In this document: piece after piece, positions 16,691-25,124 of the stretch
Position numbering within the stretch: the stretch's first letter is position 1
Layout of the letters: every line of letters starts with the position of its first letter
Assembly: GCF_030527935.1 (NCBI RefSeq)
Contig: NZ_JAUMZV010000001.1
Location: forward strand, 32,054-64,053
Direction of reading: 5' to 3'
From: Kingella sp. (in: b-proteobacteria)
Lineage (GTDB): Bacteria; Pseudomonadota; Gammaproteobacteria; Burkholderiales; Neisseriaceae
Length of the DNA: 32,000 bases
Made by a program: the position numbers and the translations under genes
Notes under the pieces: generated by a model
What the model saw: only the letters and a program-made list of their open reading frames with translations
Told to the model about the DNA's origin: nothing
Database searches by the model: none

Positions 16691-17943
16691 TGGAAACCAG
16701 ACGCGTTGTGATAACAGGCATCGGCGGCCTTACCGCATTCGGGCGCGACTGGCAGAGCATTCAGGCTGCCTTTCGTGCCGAAAAAAACGCCGTGCAATAC
16801 ATGGACTGGCAGGCGCGTTTTCCCGAATTGGAAGCGCAACTGGGCGCGCCGCTGCCCGATTACGCGCCGCCTGCACATTGGACGCGCAAACAGCTCCGCA
16901 GCATGGGGCGCGTGTCGCAATTGTGCGTGGACGCGGCGGAACAGGCGTTAAGCGACGCAGGCTTGCTCGGCGACGACCGCATTAAAGACGGGCGTATGGG
17001 CGTAGCCTGCGGCTCATCGGTTGGCAGCACCAAAGACATCGGCGACATGGGCGCACTGCTGCTCACCGGCACATCGCGCAATTTTAACGCCAACACTTAT
17101 GTGCGCATGATGCCGCACACCACTGCCGCCAATATCGGCATTTTTTTCGGATTAACAGGGCGGATTATTCCCACGTCCAGCGCGTGTTCATCAGGCAGCC
17201 AAGCCATCGGCTACGCCTACGAAGCCATCAAATACGGGCTGATTGACACCATGCTGGCAGGCGGCGGCGAAGAGTTCTGCCCTTCGGAAGTGTATGTGTT
17301 TGATTCGCTCTACGCCGCAAGCCGCCGCAACGGCGAACCCGAACGCACGCCGCGCCCGTATGATGCCGCCCGCGACGGCTTGGTCATCGGCGAAGGCGCG
17401 GGCATCATGGTGTTGGAATCGCTGGAACACGCGAGGGCGCGCGGCGCGAAAATCTACGCCGAAATCATCGGCTACGGCGCAAACAGCGATGGCAGCCACG
17501 TTACCCAGCCGCAAAAAGACACCATGCAGCAATGTATGGAACTTGCGCTCAAAGACGCAGGCATACGCGCCGAACAGGTCGGCTATGTGAGCGGACACGG
17601 CACGGCCACCGAAAAAGGCGACATCGCCGAAACGCTCGCCACCGAAGCCGTGTTCGGCTTTGTGCCGATGAGTTCGCAAAAAAGCTATCTCGGGCATACG
17701 CTGGGCGCGTGCGGCGCGCTGGAAGCATGGTTTGCCGTGGAAATGATGAACAGCGGCTGGTTCGCCCCCACCGTAAATCTGGACAACATCGACCCGCGCT
17801 GCGGCAAAGTGGACTACATCACAAGCGGCGGGCGCGAAATTGCAACGGATTATGTGGTCAGCAACAATTTTGCCTTCGGCGGCGTGAATACTTCGCTGGT
17901 GTTGAAACGGTGGCGGGGGAATAGCGGTTTCAGGCTGCCTTAA
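16690..17943 (+). CDS. beta-ketoacyl-ACP synthase (FabF/FabB-like, ApeR-like)
   Basis: ATG 16690 overlaps the fabG TGA by 1 nt. The Cys is in SSACSSGSQAIG and the His residues in SGHGTAT and YLGHTLGACG. The last residues, GFRLP, are DUS-encoded. Confidence 0.9.
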   Translation: METRRVVITGIGGLTAFGRDWQSIQAAFRAEKNAVQYMDWQARFPELEAQLGAPLPDYAPPAHWTRKQLRSMGRVSQLCVDAAEQALSDAGLLGDDRIKDGRMGVACGSSVGSTKDIGDMGALLLTGTSRNFNANTYVRMMPHTTAANIGIFFGLTGRIIPTSSACSSGSQAIGYAYEAIKYGLIDTMLAGGGEEFCPSEVYVFDSLYAASRRNGEPERTPRPYDAARDGLVIGEGAGIMVLESLEHARARGAKIYAEIIGYGANSDGSHVTQPQKDTMQQCMELALKDAGIRAEQVGYVSGHGTATEKGDIAETLATEAVFGFVPMSSQKSYLGHTLGACGALEAWFAVEMMNSGWFAPTVNLDNIDPRCGKVDYITSGGREIATDYVVSNNFAFGGVNTSLVLKRWRGNSGFRLP

Positions 17944-17963
17944 ACCCAAAGGCAGCCTGAAAA
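17927..17963. terminator. DUS inverted-pair hairpin spanning the KS stop codon
   Basis: GTTTCAGGCTGCCTT and AAGGCAGCCTGAAAA pair with a 6-nt loop. Confidence 0.5.
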
Positions 17964-18129
17964 CAAGCAAAGCAGAATGGCGAAGCTAAAAATCAGAAAT
18001 GCCATCATTCCCGCGCAGGTTAGAAATACCCTTATCGTTCTACAAAGATTTCAGGCTACCTAAACGCGGGAGCGTATGCCCAAGCAGCCTGAAAATGCTT
18101 CAAACCCATTTTCAGGCTGCCTAATCTTA

Positions 18130-18289
18130 GAACCTGTATTCACTATTTCCATAGGCAGATTTTATGAAATAAAAACGTGGCTGCCGCGTTAAAAATGCTC
18201 GCAAGGTGTCCAACCTTGCTGCGCTTTTTGCCTTGTATCCGCGCTTTTATTTCATAAAATCTGCCTATGGAAATAATGAATACAGGTTC
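18130..18289 (-). mobile_element. 160-bp MITE, copy 3 (core inverted relative to the other copies)
   Basis: The termini match the other copies, with compensatory changes in both arms. The core is the reverse complement of copies 1, 2, 4 and 5. Direct TTA flanks lie at 18127-18129 and 18290-18292. Confidence 0.85.
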
Positions 18290-18450
18290 TTAATCTTTTG
18301 CCAGGCCACGCCGCGCATCGCGGCGTACCCACGCGGAGAATATTTACCGCCGCTCCACTATTCCCGCCCGCGCCCCAAGCGTGCAACGCGCAACCCAACC
18401 ATTGCCCCGCCACCAAAGGCAGCCTGAAACCTTTGCTCAGCCTGCAACCA

Positions 18451-18535
18451 ATGGAGCGGCGGCGGCTCGCCGACATCTTGGTAAACCAGCAATGCTATGT
18501 TTAATAAGCCATTTGGCGGCGAGCCGCCGCTCCAT
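18451..18535. repeat. palindromic repeat family 2, full copy
   Basis: The ends are ATGGAGCGGCGGCGGCTCGCCGACAT and ATTTGGCGGCGAGCCGCCGCTCCAT. Confidence 0.6.
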
Positions 18536-18555
18536 TTTCGGTTTCAAGCTGCCTT

Positions 18556-19131
18556 TCAACACTCAGGCAGCCTGAAATCCACCCGCACCCCTTCCCCGCG
18601 CCAAACACACGCCACCACCAGCCCGCCCGTCAGCACCCGCTCCACGCCCTGCCAGCCGCTTTGCCCGTCCACGCGCCAGCCTGCCCTTTTGCCGCCGATG
18701 ATTTCATAGCCCACGCGCGGCATATCGGCGGGAAAGTCCAAGCCCGCCGCTTTAATCAGGGCTTCTTTACTGCACCATAATCGGTAAAACGTTTCAGGCT
18801 GCCTTTCGCGCCCGCGCAAGTAGTTGCGCTCGGCGTCGTTGCCAATCCATGCGCTTACCGCGGCGAAATCGCGCGGTTTCATGGTTTCTATGTCCACGCC
18901 CGCCGCGATGGGTTCGCTGGCGCATAGCACCACCGCGTTGCCCGCGCTGTGGCTGAGCGACACGATGGGCAGCGTTGCCCGCTGTTTTAACGCGCGGCTC
19001 ACTCGCCAATCCAGCCGTATTTCCAGTTGCGGCGATTGCGCCACGCGGCGGGCATCGGCGGGGCTGAGCAAGGCGCGATTGTATTCGTGGGCGATTTGGG
19101 GCGTGCCGATTAGGCAAATCAAGTCGGTCAT
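18556..19131 (-). CDS. 4'-phosphopantetheinyl transferase (Sfp/EntD type)
   Basis: The start is at ATG 19131 (MTDLICL). The product has the motifs GVDIE and WCSKEALIKA. Its C-terminal FRLPEC is DUS-derived. Confidence 0.8.
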   Translation of the reverse strand: MTDLICLIGTPQIAHEYNRALLSPADARRVAQSPQLEIRLDWRVSRALKQRATLPIVSLSHSAGNAVVLCASEPIAAGVDIETMKPRDFAAVSAWIGNDAERNYLRGRERQPETFYRLWCSKEALIKAAGLDFPADMPRVGYEIIGGKRAGWRVDGQSGWQGVERVLTGGLVVACVWRGEGVRVDFRLPEC

Positions 19132-19251
19132 CGTGTTAAGGCGTGCGCCAATAGGCAGCCTGAAACCTTTGCAAAACCTAAGTAGGTCGGGCATTGATTG
19201 CAGCCTAAAAACGGTTTACAAAAAACCACCGTCAAGCGGTGGTTGCGCGGT

Positions 19252-19788
19252 TTAGTGGTAGCTGCCTTTGAGCACAACGTAGCTGTGGAATGTGCCCACG
19301 TGGCATTCGTATTCGCTGCCACCTTTGGTTTGGCGGTCGTAAAAGCTCACAAGACGCACACCGTGTTTGCGGTGGCGGGCAGCGGTGGATTGGAAGCGTC
19401 TAACGGCGTTTAAGAACGCACGTTGGCAGGTTGCGTCCACCGATTTGCCTGTGGCGTTGGCACTTTGGCGCGACACATTGGTTGCACCGCTGGTACTGCC
19501 GTAGGACACGCGAATGCTGGGGTCTAGCACTTCGTGGGCTTCGGCGGAGTTGAGCACGGCAGAAGCCTTGCACATATAGGCATCGTTTTTGCCTTTGCCC
19601 ACCGCAGAGCCAATGCTGCGGCAAATGGTGCCACCGCTAGGTTGCGTGGCGGCGCGATGTTCAACTTGCGGCGCGGGGCGGCTGGGTTCGGGCTCGGCGG
19701 GGGCAGCAGGTTCGCCTTTGGACGCGCAAGCAGACAGGGCAACCACGGCAGAGAGCAGCAAAACGCGGGAAATACGGACAGTCATCAT
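19252..19788 (-). CDS. lipoprotein, function unknown
   Basis: An AGGAG RBS precedes the start. The signal peptide carries the lipobox ALSAC, followed by a Pro/Ala-rich linker. The product is 178 aa. Confidence 0.65.
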   Translation of the reverse strand: MMTVRISRVLLLSAVVALSACASKGEPAAPAEPEPSRPAPQVEHRAATQPSGGTICRSIGSAVGKGKNDAYMCKASAVLNSAEAHEVLDPSIRVSYGSTSGATNVSRQSANATGKSVDATCQRAFLNAVRRFQSTAARHRKHGVRLVSFYDRQTKGGSEYECHVGTFHSYVVLKGSYH

Positions 19789-19881
19789 CGTCTCCTAATA
19801 AATGTTAATGTTGGTAAAAGAATAGATTTTAGCGTATCTGTTTGTATCTGTATATCAATTCATCTTGCGCCATAGATTTAA

Positions 19882-20041
19882 GAACCTGTATTCACTATTT
19901 TCATAGGCAGATTTGATGACATAAAAGCGCGGATACAAGGCAAAAAGCGCAGCAAGGTTGGATACCTTGCGCGCATTTTTAACGCGGTAGCCGCGTTTTT
20001 AGGGCATGAAAGATGCCTATGAAAATAGTGAATGCAGGTTC
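19882..20041 (+). mobile_element. 160-bp MITE, copy 4
   Basis: The core orientation is the same as in copies 1, 2 and 5, but the flanks are direct TAA (19879-19881 and 20042-20044) rather than TTA. Confidence 0.85.
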
Positions 20042-20046
20042 TAAGT

Positions 20047-20075
20047 TTGCCTTTATTTACCGAACGCCCTACAAT
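20047..20075 (+). promoter_or_regulatory. candidate sigma70 promoter for the adenylase operon
   Basis: TTGCCT (20047-20052), a 17-nt spacer, then TACAAT (20070-20075). It begins 6 nt beyond the MITE end and lies 75 nt upstream of ATG 20150. Confidence 0.35.
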
Positions 20076-20149
20076 TTTCGCCCGCTGCCGCTTCTTGCCT
20101 ATAAAGGCAGCCTGAAATCCCTTCCCCCAATCATTCCAAGCCACTACCC

Positions 20150-21802
20150 ATGCACCCGCTCACCCAAATCCTATCCCCTGCCCTGCCGCCCACCGACCTA
20201 ATCGCCGCCCAGCCCAACTGGACGCGCGCCGATTTCAACCGCGCCGTTTTCCAGCTTTCAGGCAGCTTGAAAACGCACAACGTGCAAGCCGCCGCGCTGT
20301 GGTTTGACGATGCCGCGCTGTTTGCCTGCGCCGTGCTGGCAGCGTGGCACGCGGGCGCACGGGTGTTGCTGCTGCCAAACACCGCGCAGGAAAACATCGC
20401 ATGGGGCGAAACGGCAGACGTATTCCTAACCGATAATCTCGTCCACCCGCAAGCATGGCATCTGCCCACCCTGCTCGCGCCAAGGCAGCCTGAAAACGCT
20501 GGGCTGCCTGAAAACTGGGCAATCCCCGCCGACGCCCAAGCCCATTTGAAAACATCGGGTTCAAGCGGCAACGCGCAAATCATCGTCAAAACCGCCGCGC
20601 AAATGCAAGCCGAAGCCCTTGCCCTTGCCGCCGCCCTGCCCTTTAACCACGCAGGCGCAACCGCAGTTGGCAGCGTGTCGCCGCAGCATTTATACGGCTT
20701 CACCTTCCGCTTCGCCCTATCGCTCACGCTCGGCTGGGTTATCGCCCGCGCCCAAGCCAGCTACCCCGAGCATCTGCTCGCCGCCACCCACGGCAAAACC
20801 GTGTGGATTGCCAGCCCCGCCGTGCTCAATCGCTTAGAAAACGGGCGCGACTGGGCAGCCGCAGCAGCGAACATTGCAGGCATTATTTCATCGGGCGGCG
20901 CATTGCCCGAAGCCACCGCCGCCCAACTCGCCGCCCACGCCAGCCGCCCCTACGAAATCTACGGCAGCACCGAAACAGGCATCATCGCTTCGCGGCGCGG
21001 CGGCGAAGTGTGGCAGCCGTTTAGCGGCGTATCGTTCGGGCAAGATGCAGACGGCGCATTGTGGGCGCAATCGCCGTGGGCAACGCGCGTGCAAACGGCA
21101 GATTTGATTGAACCGCAAGCGGGCGGATTTCTGCTACTGGGGCGCAAAGACCGCATCATCAAGCTGGAAGACAAGCGCGTCTCGCTCACGCAACTGGAAC
21201 ACAGCCTGCTGCAACACGAATGGCTGGCAGACGCGCATTGCGCCCTGCACCACCGCCGCGTGGCAGCGTGGGCAGCGTTAAACGAAGCGGGCATCGTCGC
21301 GCTGCGCGAACAGGGGCGCGCCGCCGTTGCCGATGCGCTCAAACGCCACCTTGCCGCCACGCAAGACAAAACCGCGCTGCCGCGCTACTGGCGTTTTGCC
21401 GCCGCCCTGCCGCGCAACGCGCAAGCCAAAATCGCCGCCGCCGATTTTCAGGCTGCCTTTACCACGCCGCAAACCGCACCGCAATGGCAAGAAACCGCGC
21501 CAAATGTGTTTACAGGGCGCGTGCCGTTGGATTTGGTGTATTTTGGCGGGCATTTCGCTACGTTTCCGCTGGTGCCGGGGGTGGTGGAACTGCAATGGGT
21601 GCGCGATTTGGCGGCGCGGTTTGACTGGGGCAGGCAAAGTGTTGCGCGCGTGGAAGCGTTGAAGTATCAGCAGTTTGTGCGCCCGCATGATGAGATTGTG
21701 CTGACGTTGCACCATGATGCGGCGAAAAATAAGCTGGCGTTTACCATCACGAGCAACGGCAATGCCTGCGCTTCGGGGCGGCTGGTGTTTCAGGCTGCCT
21801 GA
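20150..21802 (+). CDS. AMP-dependent synthetase (aryl starter:ACP ligase, ApeH-like) fused to a C-terminal hotdog dehydratase (ApeI-like)
   Basis: The adenylation motifs are LKTSGSSGNAQ and YGSTETG. The last ~110 aa carry the FabA/Z-like VYFGGHFATFPLVPGVV motif. The product is 550 aa. Confidence 0.85.
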   Translation: MHPLTQILSPALPPTDLIAAQPNWTRADFNRAVFQLSGSLKTHNVQAAALWFDDAALFACAVLAAWHAGARVLLLPNTAQENIAWGETADVFLTDNLVHPQAWHLPTLLAPRQPENAGLPENWAIPADAQAHLKTSGSSGNAQIIVKTAAQMQAEALALAAALPFNHAGATAVGSVSPQHLYGFTFRFALSLTLGWVIARAQASYPEHLLAATHGKTVWIASPAVLNRLENGRDWAAAAANIAGIISSGGALPEATAAQLAAHASRPYEIYGSTETGIIASRRGGEVWQPFSGVSFGQDADGALWAQSPWATRVQTADLIEPQAGGFLLLGRKDRIIKLEDKRVSLTQLEHSLLQHEWLADAHCALHHRRVAAWAALNEAGIVALREQGRAAVADALKRHLAATQDKTALPRYWRFAAALPRNAQAKIAAADFQAAFTTPQTAPQWQETAPNVFTGRVPLDLVYFGGHFATFPLVPGVVELQWVRDLAARFDWGRQSVARVEALKYQQFVRPHDEIVLTLHHDAAKNKLAFTITSNGNACASGRLVFQAA

Positions 21803-21967
21803 TTGGATTGCGCGGATTGTTTGGGCGCGGGCAGGATGAATAGGCAGCCTGAAAACGTATCCTGCGTGCTTTATCATGCGATGCTGTTTCAGGCTGCCTG
21901 AAACCTGAATAGAGTGGCAACGGCCCATCGCCCAATAACGCAGCAGATAGGGCTTTACTGATTAGCA

Positions 21968-21995
21968 AGATGTCGGCGAGCCGCCAACACTCCAT
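21968..21995. repeat. palindromic repeat family 2, half copy
   Basis: ATGTCGGCGAGCCGCCAACACTCCAT matches one arm of the 1244 and 18451 elements. Confidence 0.5.
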
Positions 21996-22138
21996 TGGTA
22001 GCAGATTAGGCAACGGTTTCAGGCTGCCTGAAACGCCCCCCGCGCCCCCTACGGCTTGCTTGCAAGCCGTGTCCTAGCCAAACAACCATTTCAGGCTGCC
22101 TTACCCCCACACCCCCCAACCCCAAAAAGGACCCACCC

Positions 22139-23230
22139 ATGAACCTATCCCCCCATCTCGCCGACCGCTACACCCAAGAACACCAAACCGCCAACCAAGC
22201 GCAACGCTTGGCGCAGGAAATCGCCTTTGCGCCGATTGTGTTTCAAGTGTCGCGGCTGATGCTCAAATACGGCATTTTGGCGCAGCTTAGCCACGCGCAT
22301 CACGGCTTAACCCGCGCCCAAATCGCGCAGGCGGCAAACATCAGCGATTACGCCGCGCAAGTGCTGCTGGAAGCGTCGCTGTCTATCGGCACGGTGCTCA
22401 TGCGCGATGACCGCTTTTTTATCAGCAAAGCAGGCTGGTTTTTGCTCAACGACAAAATGGCGCGGGTGAACTTGGATTTTGTGCAAGAAATTTGCTATCA
22501 AGGTATGTTTGATTTAGATGCCACGCTGCAATCGGGCAAACCCGAAGGGCTTAAAGTGTTTGGCGATTGGGCGACCATTTACGAAGGCTTGTCATCGCTG
22601 CCGTCCGCCTCGCAGGAAAAATGGCTGGCATTTGACCACCATTATTCCGACAGCGCGTTTCAGGCTGCCTTAAACATCGTCTTCGCCCAGCCCGTGCAAC
22701 GGCTGCTAGACGTGGGCGGCAACACAGGGCGATGGGCGTTGCAATGCGTGGCGCACAACCCCGATGTGCACATCACCATTATGGATTTGCCCCAGCAGCT
22801 CGCCTTGATGCGCGAAGCCGTGCGCGGCAAAACGGGCGCAGAGCGCATTCACGCCCACCCTGCCAATCTGCTAGACGACCAAGCTCCCTTCCCCGCAGGC
22901 TTTGATGCCATTTGGATGAGCCAATTTTTAGATTGCTTTTCCAACGAGCAAGCCACCCGCATTCTGCGCCGCGCCGCCCAAGCCATGAGCGAGCACGCCA
23001 GCTTGTTTATTTTAGAACCGCTGTGGGACAGACAACGCTACGAAACCGCCGCCTATTGCCTAACGCTCACCAGCGTCTATTTCACCGCCATGGCAAACGG
23101 CAACAGCAAAATTTTCCATTCCGAAGACCTGCTGCGCTGTATAGAACAAGCAGGCTTGGCGGTTGCCGAGATTACAGACGGCATCGGCTTGGGACACAGC
23201 ATGCTGCGCTGCGTGAAAGCCAAACCATGA
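22139..23230 (+). CDS. class I SAM-dependent (O-)methyltransferase (ApeB-like)
   Basis: The 363-aa product has an N-terminal dimerisation-like domain and the SAM motif LLDVGGNTGRWA. Confidence 0.85.
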   Translation: MNLSPHLADRYTQEHQTANQAQRLAQEIAFAPIVFQVSRLMLKYGILAQLSHAHHGLTRAQIAQAANISDYAAQVLLEASLSIGTVLMRDDRFFISKAGWFLLNDKMARVNLDFVQEICYQGMFDLDATLQSGKPEGLKVFGDWATIYEGLSSLPSASQEKWLAFDHHYSDSAFQAALNIVFAQPVQRLLDVGGNTGRWALQCVAHNPDVHITIMDLPQQLALMREAVRGKTGAERIHAHPANLLDDQAPFPAGFDAIWMSQFLDCFSNEQATRILRRAAQAMSEHASLFILEPLWDRQRYETAAYCLTLTSVYFTAMANGNSKIFHSEDLLRCIEQAGLAVAEITDGIGLGHSMLRCVKAKP

Positions 23231-23946
23231 AAACACTCGCCCTCATCCCGCACTACAACCACCCCACCACAGTGGGCAGCGTAGCCCACACCCTGCGCGG
23301 CTTTGGCTTAGACGTGTTGATTGTGGACGACGGCTCGCGCCCAGACTGCCGCCCCCTGCTGCAAGGTTTGCGCGGCGATGGCATACACGTTCTCTTCCGC
23401 CCGCGCAACGGCGGCAAAGGCGCGGCGGTGAAAACAGGGCTGCAATACGCCGCCATCGGTGGCTACACCCATGTGTTGCAAGTAGATGCCGATGGGCAAC
23501 ACCATCTTGCCGACACGCCCCAATTCATCGCCGCCGCGCAAAGGCAGCCTGAAAACGTTATCTGCGGCGAACCGCAATACGGCGATGACGCGCCCAAAGC
23601 GCGGCTTTACGGACGCAAAATCACCGACTTCTGGAATATGCTGCACACCGCATCGCGCGACATCAAAGACGGCATGTGCGGCTTTCGGCTTTATCCACTC
23701 GCCCCCACCATCGCCATCGTGCGCGAAGAACCGCTGGGCGACCGCATGGATTTTGACACCGAAATCCTTGTGCGCCTGTATTGGCGCGGCATCAAGCCCG
23801 TGTGGATTCCCACCCCCGTGCGCTACGCCCAAGACGGCGTGTCGCATTTTCGCGCCCTAGCCGACAATCTGCTCATCAGCAAAATGCACGCGCGGCTATG
23901 CTGCACCATGCTGTGGCGGCGCATCACAGGCAGCCTGAAACCATGA
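23227..23946 (+). CDS. glycosyltransferase family 2 protein (ApeJ-like)
   Basis: An ATGA overlap links it to the methyltransferase stop. The product has VLIVDDGS and the DxD motif in LQVDADGQH. The C-terminal GSLKP is DUS-encoded. Confidence 0.85.
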   Translation: MKTLALIPHYNHPTTVGSVAHTLRGFGLDVLIVDDGSRPDCRPLLQGLRGDGIHVLFRPRNGGKGAAVKTGLQYAAIGGYTHVLQVDADGQHHLADTPQFIAAAQRQPENVICGEPQYGDDAPKARLYGRKITDFWNMLHTASRDIKDGMCGFRLYPLAPTIAIVREEPLGDRMDFDTEILVRLYWRGIKPVWIPTPVRYAQDGVSHFRALADNLLISKMHARLCCTMLWRRITGSLKP

Positions 23947-24935
23947 AACCGCTGCAACACAACCATTGGGCCGCCCAGCCCGAACGCGGCAACCGCCTAT
24001 TTCTCGCGCTCACCACGCTAATGGTGCGCCACCTGCCCGCATGGCTGCTCAACCCCAGCATCGCACTCATCGTGTGCTATTTCTACGCCACCGCCCCCCG
24101 CGCTCGCCGCCATATCCGCCGCTATCAAGCCCGCCTACGCGCCGCCTATCCCGCCGCAAAACTCCCCCGCATGGCCGCCTTTCGCCAATTCACCGCCTTT
24201 GGCGCAGCCATTTGCGACCGCTTTGCCGTGTGGCAGCGCAAAATCCGCTACAAAGACTTAATCATCGAAGACCCCGACAACGTGTACGCTCTCGTGCAAC
24301 AGCGCGGGCGCGGGCAAATTTTCGCCTGCTCACACATCGGCAACACCGAAGTCTGCCGCGCCTTGGTGTCGCACAACCAAGGCTTCAAACTCAACGTACT
24401 CGTGCACAGCCAACACGCCCAAGCCTTTAACGAAGCCCTGCACAAAGCAGGCGCAGCGCGGATTCAGCTTATCCAAGTAACCGATTTAGATGCCGCCCTG
24501 ATGCTGGAACTCAACCGCCGCATAGACGCAGGCGAATGGCTCGCCATCGCCGCCGACCGCGTGCCCGTGCGCGGCGAAAAAACCGTTGCCGTCCATTTCT
24601 TAGGGCACACCGCCGAGCTGCCACAAGGCGCATGGCTACTCGCCGCCCTGCTCAAAACCCAAATCAACACCCTGTTTTGCATCAAACAAAACGGACGCTA
24701 TCATTTAAAATTGCGCCGCTTCGCCGATACCGCCAGCTGGACGCGCAGCAACCGCCCCGTCCAAGTCGCCGCCACCGCGCAACAATTTGCCGACATCATG
24801 GCGCAAGAATGTGCCACCAACCCGCTGCAATGGTTTAATTTTTATGATTTTTGGGGCGATGAAGCAGGCTGCATAGCGAAGCAGAGTGGCGAAGCTAAAA
24901 CAAGGCAGCCTGAAAACGTTGCAAACCCAAAATGA
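23943..24935 (+). CDS. LpxL/HtrB-family (lauroyl-type) acyltransferase
   Basis: An ATGA overlap links it to the GT2 stop. The 330-aa product has an N-terminal TM segment and an HX4E-type motif, SHIGNTE. The last ~20 aa are repeat- and DUS-derived. Confidence 0.7.
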   Translation: MKPLQHNHWAAQPERGNRLFLALTTLMVRHLPAWLLNPSIALIVCYFYATAPRARRHIRRYQARLRAAYPAAKLPRMAAFRQFTAFGAAICDRFAVWQRKIRYKDLIIEDPDNVYALVQQRGRGQIFACSHIGNTEVCRALVSHNQGFKLNVLVHSQHAQAFNEALHKAGAARIQLIQVTDLDAALMLELNRRIDAGEWLAIAADRVPVRGEKTVAVHFLGHTAELPQGAWLLAALLKTQINTLFCIKQNGRYHLKLRRFADTASWTRSNRPVQVAATAQQFADIMAQECATNPLQWFNFYDFWGDEAGCIAKQSGEAKTRQPENVANPK

Positions 24936-25085
24936 AACAAGAAATCGCTAAATTGCCGTCATTCCCGCGCAGGCGGGAATCTTGGTTAAACTTCAACAAC
25001 AGATTGTTTTAATTAAATTTCCAAATATCAAACAAGATTCCCGCCTGCGCGGGAATGACGGCATTTCTTAATTTTCAGGCTGCCT
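24919..25085 (+). repeat. NIME-like mosaic repeat with two dRS3-type units
   Basis: ATTCCCGCGCAGGCGGGAAT (24961-24980) and ATTCCCGCCTGCGCGGGAAT (25037-25056) are in the same orientation and architecture as the 5418-5586 copy. Confidence 0.7.
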
Positions 25086-25124
25086 TAACAGTCTTTGCAC
25101 CATTCCCAAATCAGAAAGCACCCC

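Noticed and set aside
22912-23942. 5' extensions of the GT2 ORF (from 22912) and the LpxL-like ORF (from 23781)
   Set aside because: Both overlap the upstream genes out of frame. ATGA stop/start overlaps at 23227 and 23943 give compact, coupled genes.
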